Assembly (NCBI RefSeq): GCF_009914755.1
Contig: NC_060926.1
Strand: one strand, 5' to 3'
DNA length: 64,000 nucleotides
Source of the DNA: the human T2T-CHM13v2.0 reference genome, Homo sapiens
In this document: one piece after another, positions 27,363 through 38,856 of the stretch
How the letters are laid out: every line of letters starts with the position of its first letter
Position numbering within the stretch: the stretch's first letter is position 1
Notes under the pieces: model-generated
Databases searched by the model: none
What the model was told of the DNA's origin: nothing
What the model saw: the letters and a program-made list of their open reading frames with translations, nothing else
Translations under genes and position numbers: made by a program

Positions 27363-28850
27363 ATGACAGGACCAAATTCACACATAACAATATTAACCTT
27401 AAATGTAAATGGGCTAAATGCTCCAATTAAAAGACACAGACCGGCAAATTGGATAAAGAGTCAAGACCCATCAGTGTGCTGTATTCAGGAAACCCATCTC
27501 ACGTGCAGAGACACACATAGGCTCAAAATAAAGGGATGGAGGAAGCTCTACTAAGCAAATGGAAAACAAAACTACTTTAAACTTCATACGGAACCAAAAA
27601 AGAGCCCGCATTGACAAGTCAATCCTAAGCCAAAAGAACAAAGCTGGAGGCATCACGCTACCTGACTCCAAACTATACTCCAAGCCTACAGTAACCAAAA
27701 CAACATGGTACTGGAACCAAAATAGAGATATAGACCAATGGAACAGAACAGAGCCCTCAGAAATAATGCCATACATCTACAATTATCTGATCTTTGACAA
27801 ATCTGACAAAAACAAGAAATGGGAAAACGATCCCCTATTTAATAAATGGTACTGGGAAAACTGGCTAGTCATATGTAGAAAGCTGAAACTGGATCCCTTC
27901 CTTACACCTTACACGGGATGGATTAAAGACTTAAATCTTAGACCTAAAACCATAAAAACCCTAGAAGAAAACCTAGGCAATACCATTCAGGACATAGGCA
28001 TGGGCAAGGTCTTCATGTCTAAAACACCAAAAGCAATGGCAACAAAAGCCAAAATTGACAAATGGGATCTAATTAAACTAAAGAGCTTCTGCACAGCAAA
28101 AGAAACTACCATCAGAGTGAACAGGCAACCTACAGAATGGGAGAAAATTTTTGCAATCTACACATCTGACAAAGGGCTAATATCCAGAATCTACAATGAA
28201 CTCAAACAAATTTACAAGAAAAAAACAACCCCATCAATAAGTGGGTGAAGGATATGAACAAACACTTCTCAAAAGAAGACATTTATGCAGCCAAAAGACA
28301 CATGAAAAAATGCTCATCATCACTGGCCATCAGAGAAATGCAAATCAAAACCACAATGAGATACCATCTCACATCAGTTAGAATGGCGATCATTAAAAAG
28401 TCAGGAAACAACAGGTGCTGGAGAGGATGTCGAGAGATAGGAACACTTTTACACTGATGGTGGGACTGTAAACTAGTTCAACCCTTGTGGAAGTCAGTGT
28501 GGCGATTCCTCAGGGATCTAGAACTAGAAATACCATTTGACCCAGCCATCCCATTACTGGGTATATACCCAAAGGATTATAAATCATGCTGCTATAAAGA
28601 CACATGCACACATATGTTTATTGCGGCACTATTCACAATAGCAAAGACTTGGAACCAGCCCAAATGTCCAACAATGATAGACTGGATTAAGAAAATGTGG
28701 CACATATACACCATGGAATACTATGGAGCCATAAAAAAGATGAGTTCATGTCCTTTGTAGGGACATGGATGAACCTGGAAACCACCATTCTCAGCAAACT
28801 ATCGCAAGGACAAAAAACCAAATACTGCATGTTCTCACTCATAGGTGGGA
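27363..28850 (+). pseudogene. L1 ORF2p: endonuclease N-terminus fused out of frame to the C-terminal third; RT domain deleted
   Basis: MTGPNSHITILTLNVNGLN... then jump to [14 protein letters not shown]; junction ~27560-27572. Confidence 0.92.
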
Positions 28851-29076
28851 ATTGAACAGTGAGAACAGTTGGACACAGGAAGGGGAACATCACACACTGG
28901 GGCCTGTTGTGGGGTGGGGAGAGGGAGAAGGGATAGCATTAGGAGATATACCTAATGTAAATGACGAGTTAATGGGTGCAGCACACCAACATGGCACATG
29001 TATACATATGTAACAAACCTGAAAGTTGTGCACATGTATCCTAAAACTTAAAGTATAATTAAAAAAAAAAAAAAAA

Positions 29077-29227
29077 CGGGAGTTTCTTTGCACAGGCTCT
29101 CTCTTTGCCTGCTGCCATCCATGTAAGACGTGACTTGCTCCTCCTTGCCTTCTGCCATGATTGTAAGGCCTCCCCAGCCACACGGAACTGTAAGTCCACT
29201 AAACCTCTTTGGTTAAAAAAAAAAAAA
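29077..29227 (+). other. 3'-transduced THE1 (THE1A/B-like) LTR fragment plus second poly(A)
   Basis: CGGGAGTTTCTTTGCACAGGCTCTCTCTTTGCCTGCTGCCATCCATGTAAG...GGAACTGTAAGTCCACTAAACCTCTTT lies between two A-tails and inside the L1 TSD. Confidence 0.9.
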
Positions 29228-29391
29228 GAAGCCATTTTCATTCCAATATAAGGGTTTACAAGGTTTCTAGAGAGTCAGTCCACTTATTAACAGTATTTTA
29301 GTTCAGAGAAAGTAGAATTCTGTTCTACACAGGCAGGCATGAAATAAACTGTGAACAACCACTTCCCGCAAAACAACAAAAGGAATCTTGT

Positions 29392-30358
29392 TTATTTTTT
29401 CAGCTTCATTGAGGTATGATTGACAAATAAAAATTGTGTATATTCAAGGTGTGCAACATAATGATTTGACTTATGTATACATTGTGAGATGATTACCACA
29501 ATCATATTAATTGACACAGCCATCACCACACATAGCTATCGTTTTGTAGTGGGGAGGAGGGGATGAGGATACTAAAGATCTACTCCCTTAGCAAATTTCA
29601 AGTAAATGATACATTATTAACTTTAGTCACCATGTTGTATATTATACCCCCATTCATCTTATAAATGAAAGTTTGTACCCTTTGACTAACCATATGAACT
29701 CTATTTCCCTGATCCCCCAGCCCTTGGCAACCAACAGTCTACTCTTTTTTCAGTGAGTTCAACTTTTTTAGATTTCACTTGTAAGTAAGATCATGTGGTA
29801 TTGTCTTTCTGTGCCTGGCTTATTTCACTTAATGACATCACAAATGGCAGGACTTACCTTTGTATGTCTGAATAATATTCCATTGTTATATAACACATTT
29901 TCTTTATCCATTTATTGGTCAGCAGACACTTAGGTTATTTCTATATCTTGACTTTTATGAAGAATGCTGCAATAAAATGGAAATACAGATCTCTTCAAGA
30001 TCCTGATTTTATTTCCTTTGGGTATATACCCATAATTAAGATTACTATATCATACAGTAGCTCTATTTTTAAATTTTTGAGGAACAACAATAGTTTGCCA
30101 TAATGCTGTACCATTTTACATTCCCATCAACAGTGTGTAAAGGGTTCCCTTTTCTCCACGTGCTTGCCAATATTTGCTGTCTCTAGTCTTTTTTATAATA
30201 GCCATTTTAACAGATGGAAGGTGATAGCTTTTTGTGGTATTGATTTGCATTTCCTTGGTAATTACTGACATTGAGCACCTGTTGCAATTGTATGTCTTCT
30301 TTCGAAATGTCTTTTCAGATCCTTTGCCCCAGGTCGTTTTATTTGCTATTGAGTTGTG
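29392..30358 (-). mobile_element. L1MA9-like 3' end
   Basis: ATTGAGGTATGATTGACAAATAAAAATTG...AAGATCTACTCCCTTAGCAAATTTCAAGTA. Confidence 0.82.
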
Positions 30359-30546
30359 AGGAATATTTCCGCATTACAACCCCTTAGCAAAGGAGACAAG
30401 GGACACAACGCACAGAGAGATTATTTCCTAAATAATTTGCAGACATTTAGAAGAAGACATATTGAAGAAGACCAGCATGCTTCAGTTCCAGCAGGGCCTC
30501 TATACAGACAGGAGTTATGAACATGACCAGTACAATGACTACATCA

Positions 30547-30926
30547 GTTATGGACTGAATTGTGTTTCCCAAAAATTCTATGTTGAAACCCTTATTCCTA
30601 ATGAGATTATATTTATAGAAAGGGCCTTTAAAGGGGTAATGAAGGTTAAATCAGGTCATAACGGTGAGGCCCTAATTCCAAAGGACTTGTGTCCTTATAC
30701 AAAGAGGAAGACACCAGGGATGCATACGCAGAGGGAAAGCCATGTGAAGACACATTGAGAAGGCAGCTATCTGCAAGGCAAGGAGAGACAGACCTCAGGA
30801 GAAACCAAACTTATTGACACCCTGAACTTGGATTTCCAACCTCCATAACTGTAAGAAAATAAATTTCTGTTGTTTAAGCTACCCAGTTTGTGGTATTTTG
30901 TTATGGAGCCCTAACAAACTAATACG
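30547..30926 (+). mobile_element. MLT1A0-like MaLR LTR
   Basis: GTTATGGACTGAATTGTGT..CCAAAAATTC...AATAAATTTCTGTTGTTTAAGC...AAACTAATAC. Confidence 0.85.
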
Positions 30927-33900
30927 ACATCTATTTTGTTCATCTATTATCTCTCATAGTATCCAGCACAGGCATTCAGGAAAAATTTCAGTATAAAGGA
31001 ATGAATCCCAATCAGGGGTAGCTACAGAGAGAGAGAAAGAAAACAGCTGGTGTAAACTCTCTATTAAAGATGTTACTTCAGAAACTACAGAGATGTTAAG
31101 AATTATCTACATTTATGGTAAGAAACTTAATGTATAAGGAAGCAACCTGGCCAATGCAGAAAATAAATGCTATGAAATGTCATAAGATTCAAACACTGAT
31201 TTGTCCACACACAAAACCAGGACAAGGAAAGGTGATAGGCTAAACAAGACCAGAACTGAGACAACTCCCACTTTGTGGGGCTTTGTCAGTTTATGACATT
31301 ACAAGGTTGCAATGTAGACATTAGAACCACAAAATATCGTTTTTGTCATTTATTATACATGAGATCACATGTATTTTTATGTAGCAGTAATATACATGGA
31401 TGTATTTTATGTGTACTTTGTATGTAATCATATGTCAGAGTATTGTTTTTCTCTATTTATCCTTTTGTTGACTTTAGAAATCCCAAAATTAACAAGCTTT
31501 TTAAATGTCGTAGAAGAGAAGACAGCTGAACCAAGAGGATAGGACTGATAATGGTCTTCACGATTCTGGTGCTACTTAAAAAAAGGATACTCAAACAATC
31601 TTGCTCCTTCCTGGGACTCAGCACTCCATACACTGTCTTACAATGGATACAGGGTTAGAGTAGCTATTGTGATATTTTCAATCCTACCATAATTTTAGAA
31701 ACATTATTAAACTTCAAGTCTGAAGATGCTTAAATGTATTAAAAAGCAACTGTTATCAGTCAGGGTTCTCCAGACACATAGAACAAATAGGATATATTTG
31801 GCAAATGTCAAATTTGTAGGACAGGCCGGCAGACTGGAATGCAGACAGGATTTTGTATATTATAGTCTTGAGGCAGAATTCCTTTTTTTTTTTTTTTTAA
31901 GGAAATCTTAGTTTTTGCTCTTAAAGCTTTCAACTGATTAGGTGAGGCCCACCCACATTACAGAGGATAACCTCTTCCACTTTTTTTGTTTTGTTTTTGT
32001 TCTCTTTTCAACTTTTATTTTGAGCTCAAGGGGTACATGTGCAAGTTTGTTACAAAGGCAAATTGTGTTTCACGGGGATTTGGGGTACAGATAATTTTGT
32101 CACCCAGGTAATCTGCATAATACCTAATAAATATTATAGTTTCTCAAACCTTACCTACTCTCACTCTCTACCCTCAAATAGGCTCCAGTGTCTGTTGTTC
32201 CCTTCTTTGTGTCCATGTGTAATCAACAGAATTTAGTTCACACTTACAAGCGAGAACATGCAGTATTTGATTTTCTGTTCCTGCATTAATTTGCTTTGGA
32301 TAATGGCCTCCAGGTCCATCCATGTTGCTGCAAAGGCCATAATATTTTTTTAATAGCTGCATAGTATTTCATGGTATATATGTACCACACTCTCCTTATC
32401 CAGTCCATCACTGGTAGGCATCTAGACATGATTCTATGTCTTTGCTATTGTGAATAGTGTACATGTATCTTATGGTAGAATGATTTACATTCCTTTGAGT
32501 ATATACCCAGTAATGAGATTGCTGGGTCAAATGCTAGTTCTGCTTTTGGCTATTTGAGGAGTCACCGTACTGCTTTCCGCAATGGCTGAACTAATTTACA
32601 GTCACACCAACAGTGTATAAGTGTTCCCTTTTCTCTGCAACTTTACCAGCATCTTTTATTTTTTGACTTTTTATTAATATCCATTCTGATTGTTATGAGA
32701 TGGTATCTCATTGTGGTTTTGATTTGCATGTCCCTAATGATAAGTCATATTGAGAATTCTTTCATATGTTTGTTGGCCACATCCATGTCTTCTTTTGAGA
32801 AGTGTTCACATCCTTTGCCCATTTTTAATGGGTTTTTTGCATATTGATTTCTGAGTTTCTTATAGGTTATCAATATTAGACCTTTATCAAACGCATGGTT
32901 TGCAAATATTTTCTCATATTCTGTAGGTTGTCTGTTTATTATTTGTTTTGGGGGTTTTTTTGTTTGCTTTTTTTTGTTTTGGGTTTTTTTGTTTGTTTTT
33001 TGCTGTGCAGAATCTCTTTAGTTTAATTAGGTCCCATTTGTCAATTGTTGCAATTGTTTTTTGTGACTTCATCATGAAATCTTTGCCAGTTCCTATTTCC
33101 AGAATGGTATTTCCTAAGTTTTCTTATAGTTTTAGGTTTTACGTTTAAGTCTTCAATCCATCTTGGGTAAATTTTTATATATGGTAAAATTCAGGGATCC
33201 AGTTTCAATCTTCTGCATATGACTAGTCAGTTATCCCAGTACCATTTATTGAATAGGGAATCCTTTCCCCATTGCTTGTTTTGTCAGATTTTTTGAAGAT
33301 CAGATGGTTGTAGGTGTGCAACTTTATTTCTAGGTTATCTAACCTGTTCCATTGGTCTACATGTCTGTTTTTGTATCAGTACTATGCTGTTTCAGTTACT
33401 GTAGCCTTGCAGTATAGCTTGAAATCAGGTAGTGATACCTGCAGCTTTTTTCTTTTTGTTTAGGATTGCTCTGACTGTATGGGCTCCTTTTCTGGTTCCA
33501 AATAAATTTTAGAATAATTTTTTTAATTCTGTGAAAAGTATCATTGGTAGATAGGAACAGCATTGAATCTATAAATTGCTTTGGTCAGTATGGCCAGTTA
33601 AACAGTAGTGATTCTTCCTATCCATGAGCATGGAATATTTTTCCATTTGTTTGTGTTGCCTCTGATGCCTTTCAGCAGTGTTTTGTAATTCTCATTGCAG
33701 ATATCTTTCACCTTCCTGGTTAACTGTATTCCTAGGTATTTTATTCCTTTGGTGGCTATTGAGAATGGAATTTCATTCTTGATTTAGCTCTCAGCTTGGA
33801 CATTGTTAGTGTATAGAAATGCTACTCATTTTTGTACATCGATTTTGTATCCTGAAACCTTGCTGAACTTGTTCATAAGATCTAAGAGCCTTTGAGCAAA

Positions 33901-33990
33901 GATTATGGGGTTTTCTAGGTATAGTATCATATCATCTGCAAAGAAATAATTTGACTTTCTCTCTTCTTATTTGGATAGGATTTTTTTTTA

Positions 33991-34101
33991 ATTTTGTGGT
34001 AACACATTTCCTTACCAATTGCTTCTCTGAAAGAGATCTTTTTCTTCTGCGTTTATGAAGCTTAGTTTGGCTGGATATGAAATTCTTGGTTGGAATTTCT
34101 T
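33991..34101. repeat. Dispersed direct duplication of 36271-36382 (L1 ORF1 3' segment placed in ORF2)
   Basis: 111/112 bp alignment with 3 substitutions and one 1-bp indel. Confidence 0.95.
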
Positions 34102-36786
34102 CTCTTGCCTGATTGCTCTGGCTAGGACTTCCAGCACTATGTTGAATAGGAGTGGTGACAGTGGGAATACTTTTCTTGTTCTGGTTCTCAAGTGGAATGC
34201 TTCTAGCTTTTGCCCATTTAGTATGATGTTAGCTGTGGGTTTGTAATAGATGGCTCTTATTATTTTATGATACGTACCTTTGATTCCAAGTTTTTTTAGA
34301 GTTTTAACATGAAAGGATATTGAATTTTATTGAAAGCCTTTTCTGTGTCTATTGAGATGATCATGTGGGTTTTGGTTTTGGTTCTGTTTATGAAATGGAT
34401 CACATTTATTGATTTGTGTAAGATGAGCCAACCTTGCATCCCAGATAAAGTCTACTTGATCATAGTGAATTAGCTTTTTGCTATGTTGCTAGATTTAGTT
34501 TGTTAGTATTTTGTTAAAGATTTTTATATGTCTGTTCATCAGGGATATTGACCTGAAGTTTTCTTTTTTCACTTGGCTCTGCCAGGTTCTGTTATCAGAA
34601 TTATTCTGGCCTCATAGAATGAGTTAGAGAGGAGACCCTCCTCAATGATTTTTTTGAAATAGTTTCAGTAGGATTGGTACCAGCTCGTCTTTATACATGT
34701 AGTAAAATTCGGTAGTGAATCTGTCTGCTACAGGGATTTTTCTGATTGGTAGGTTTTTTTGTTATTCATTCAGTTTCAGAACTCGTTGTTGACCTGTTCA
34801 GGGTTTCAATTTCTTCCTGGTTCGATCTTGGGAGGTTGTATGTTTCCAGAAATGTATCTATTTCTTTTAGGTTTTCTAGTTTGTGTGCATAGAGGTGCTC
34901 ATAATAGTTTCTGAGGGTTTTTGTACTTCCGTGGGGTCAGTGGTAATGCACCCTTTGTCACTTCTGATTGTGTTTATTTGGATCTTCTCTTTTTCTGTAT
35001 TATTAGCCTAGCAAGCAGTCTGTCAATCGTACTTATTCTTTTGAAAAACCAACTTTTGGTTTCCTTGATGTTTTATACGGTTTTTCTCATTTCCATTTAA
35101 TTCAGTTCAGCTCTAATTTTTGTTATTTTCTTCTGCTACTTTTGATATTGGTTTCCTCTTCTTTTTCAAGTTCCTCTAGGTGTGATGTTAGGTTGTTAAC
35201 TTGAGATCTTTCTAACTTTTTGATGTGGGTGTTTAGAGCTACAAACTTTCCTCTTAACACTGTTTTAGCTGTGTCCCAGAGATTCTGTTACATTGTATCT
35301 TTGTTTTCATTAATTTCAAAGATTTTCTTGATTCCTGCCTTAATTTCATTGTTTACCCAAAAGTCATTCAGGAACAGATTAATTTCCATTTTATTGTATG
35401 GTTTTGAGAAATGTTCTTGGTATTGATTTCTATTTTTATTGTGCTCCAGTCTGACAGTGTGGTTGGTATTATTTCCATTTTTTAATTTGTTGAGAATTGC
35501 TTTATGGCTGAGCATGTGGTCAATTTTAGAGTGTGTTTCATGAGCAGATGAGAAGAATGTATACTCTGTTTTTGTTGGGTGGAGTGTTCGGTAAATGTCT
35601 GTTAGATCCATCTACAGATTCTTGGTCAAGAGTAAATTTAGGTCCTGAATATCTTCGTTAGCATTCTGCTTTGATCTGTCCAATATTGTTAGTGTGGTGT
35701 TGAAGTCTCCCACTACTATTGTGTTTATCGAAGTCTCTTCATAGGTCTCTAAGAGCTTATTTTATGAATCTGGGTGCTCCAGTGTTGGGTGCATACATAC
35801 TTAGGATAGTTAAGTCTTCTTGTTGAATTAAACCCTTTATCATTATGTAATGCCCTTCTTTTTCCTTTTTTATCATTATTGGTTTAAAGTTGGTTTTGTT
35901 TAAAATAAGAATAGCAACTCCTGCTCTTTTTTGTTTTCTATTTGCTTGATAGATCTTTCTCCCTCCCTTTACTTTGAACCTGTGGGTGTCCTTGCATGTG
36001 AGCTGGGTCCCTTGAAGACAACATACATGGGTCTTGCTTCTTAATCCAACTTGTTACTCTATGTCTTTTAAGTGAGGTGTTTAACCCATTTATGCTCAAG
36101 GTTAATACTGATATGTGCAGATTTGATCCTGCCATTATTTTGTTAGCTGGTTGTTATGTAGACTTGATTGTGTATTTGCTTTATGTTGTTGATGATCTAT
36201 GTACTTGAGTGTGTTTTCATGGTGGTCATTTCCATGTTTAGCACTCCCTTAAGGACCTCTTATAAGGTAGATCTTGTGGTAACACATTTCCTTACCAATT
36301 GCTTCTCTGAAAGAGATCTTATTTCTTCTGTGTTTATGAAGCTTAGTTTGGCTGGATATGAAATTCTTGGTCGGAATTTCTTTTCTTTAAGGTTGGTGAA
36401 TATAGGCCCTCAATCTCTTCGGGCTTGTAGTTTCTGCTGAAAGGTCTGCTGTTAGCCTGATGGGGTTCCCTTTGTAGGTGACCTGCCCCTCCTCTTGAGC
36501 TGCGTTTAATATTTTTTCTCTTTCACATTGACCTTGAAGAATCTGATGACTATTTGTCTTGGAGATGGTCCTCTTGTACTATATTTCACAGGGGTCCTCT
36601 AAATTTTTTGAATTTGTATGCTGACTCCTCTTGTGGGGTTGGGGAAATTTCTGTGAACAATATCCTCAAATACGTTTCCCAATTTTCTTGTTTTCTCTCC
36701 CTTTCAGATATGCCAATGAGTCATAGATTTGGACTCTTTACATAATACTATATTTTTCCAAGTTTTTTTTTTTCTTGTCTGAGTTA

Positions 36787-36863
36787 TCAGGTTGGTGCAA
36801 AAGTAACTGTGGTTTTTGCCATCAAATATGACAAAAGCCACAATCACTTTTGCATCAACCTGA
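36787..36863. mobile_element. MADE1 (Hsmar1-derived MITE), palindromic
   Basis: TA|TCAGGTTGGTGCAAAAGT ... ACTTTTGCATCAACCTGA|TA; TA TSD. Confidence 0.93.
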
Positions 36864-38292
36864 TAATTCAAAGAACTGGTCTTGAATCTCTGCCATTCTT
36901 TCCTCAGCTTGGTCTGTTCTGTTATTAATACTTCCTATTGTGTTATGAGATTCTTGTAGTCAGTTTTTCAGCTCTATCAGCTCAGTTTGGTTCTTTCTTA
37001 TAATGGCTATTTCATCTTTCATTTCCTGAATCATTTTACTGGATTCTTCAGGTTTTTTGGAATGGGTTTCCACTTTCTCCTGAATTTCAATGACCTTTGT
37101 TATCATCTAGATTTTGAATTCTGTCTGTCATTTCAGCCATTTCATTCTGGTTAAGAACAATGGCTTGGGAAATAATGTGGTCTTTTGGAGGTAAGGACGC
37201 ACTAACTTTTAGAGTTGCCAGAATTCTTGGGCTGGTTCTTTCTCATCCATGTGGGCTGATGTTCCTTTAACTGTGGTGTAATTTGAGTACCGTCAGTTGA
37301 CTTCCTTTCTGGATGTTTCCAAAAGGCCGAGGCTTTGTGCAGGGTCTTTATTTGTGGCTGAATTCTTGTCCTTGGTTTCACAGGGGCCTATAATAGCGAA
37401 CTATTTTTGCTGTCAAAGTTTGGCCTGGGATCCAGTAGATGGCGCCTATGTGTAACCGCCAGTATGTAGGCTCTTGCTCAGCCACATTAGCTCCTCTCCA
37501 TTTCCTCATGATTGCAGCAGTGTTCTCTCTCAGTACTCTGAGAGTGTAGGGCTCCTCTTCTATTCAATGCTGGCTGCAGATCCCAGCTTGGCACTCTCAG
37601 GCTGTGCACTGCAACCCTGGGGTGAACTCTGGCTTTTTGTTTTCTCCCCAACTTGGGAGCTGCAGGGTAAGGGACCTTGGCAGTGTAAATGGCAGAGGGC
37701 CTTTCACTTGTCTCTTGGGGCTTCACTTCACTTAATTTCTCTTAGAGAAATTAAGAGTTGCTGCCAATTGGAACAGTCAGCCCCAGGATGGGTAGCTGCA
37801 TTGAGGGCCCAAGCCAGGAGGCCCTGCCTGGTGATGAACACGGGGATGAGGGGCTTGCAGGGAAGACAGAATGGCCTCTTCTCCCTAGAGCAGCTGTGGC
37901 AGGCTGGAGGTATGAGTAAAGCACTTAGGGTCTTTGTTCCTTCTCCAGTCCAAAGGCAGCAAGGGCAGTACCTCTGCAGTTGCAAAGGCGGAGGGACTTT
38001 CAGTAGCATCTGGGAGCCTCACCCTGGAGAAACAGAGCCACTGCCAATGGAAATGTTCATGCAGGGGTGGGGCAGCTCTGTGGGGGGCAGGGCTGCTTGG
38101 TGAAGAGTGGGAGGTAGAGGCTCACAGGGAAGAGAGACTGAGAGGCTGGGCTCCTCTGTCTATGGTGACTGTGTCATGCTCGAGGTGCCAGCAAAACATT
38201 CAGGCTCTTTGTTTCTTCTCCAGCCCAAGGACAGCAAGTGGTACTTCTGCAGCTCCAGTGGCAGTAGGGTTTTGGGTTGTCTCTGGGATTTC

Positions 38293-38856
38293 TGTAAGAA
38301 TTAAAGAAAGAGGAAAGAAACATGAAATGCAGCTCACCAGTCAAGACAGTTTTATTTTAGAGAAAACAAACCCGAGAGGAGCTTCTGGCCAAGGTAGGTC
38401 AGAGGCACACTCTCTTACAGACTAAGAGTTTTTAAGGATTCAGGGTGGGAGAGTTTATCAGAGGCTTGGATTGCTTCTGTGTCTCTTTGTTGTGCTTATC
38501 TGGGAGGGAGAGTTGTGTGTCTGTTCCCAAACATCTTTCTGCAACTGCAGGCATACCCCCGAGTCTGCTTTTAGCTTCCCTATCTTAGTGCACCTGAAGG
38601 GAAAGGAATGTGCTTATTAAGGCCCACTGTTTTACTGGGGCCCATTTTATGAGTGTAAATTTTGGCAGTTACCAAAGGGACTTTCCCGCCATCCCCCTCT
38701 GTGCCCAAGCTGTCTTATCTATGTTTTACTGTCTCCTCTTTCTGGATGCTCATAGTTAGAAGAGAAGTGATTTCCTTGAAATGCATGAGGCTAGAAAGAG
38801 AGCTGGAACTTAAAGTGGCGGTGTTTGTCCAAGATGACAGTGCTCCTGCTCTGTCA
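38293..38856 (-). mobile_element. ERV1 solo LTR (LTR6A/B-like, HERVS71) inserted in the L1 5' UTR
   Basis: Minus strand TGACAGAGCAGGAGCACTGTCATCTTGGACAAACACCGCC ... TTCTTACA; TSD ATTTC/GTTTC. Confidence 0.82.

Larger units (their letters stand above)
25275..29076 (+). mobile_element. L1PA4/5-like element: intact 5' UTR, disrupted ORF1, ORF2 with large internal deletion, 3' UTR and poly(A)
   Basis: 5' CCAAGATGGCC start; 3' UTR GTAAATGACGAGTTAATG; ~3.8 kb instead of ~6.1 kb; TSD AAGCCATTTTCA 25263-25274 / 29229-29240. Confidence 0.95.

Noticed and set aside
27545-27590. Spliced L1 (SpIRE) explanation for the internal deletion
   Set aside because: The junction lacks GT/AG boundaries and instead shows A-rich microhomology.
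27559-28248. 229-aa ORF as a novel protein
   Set aside because: L1 ORF2 C-terminal fragment whose ATG is only placed in frame by the deletion junction; no evidence of translation.
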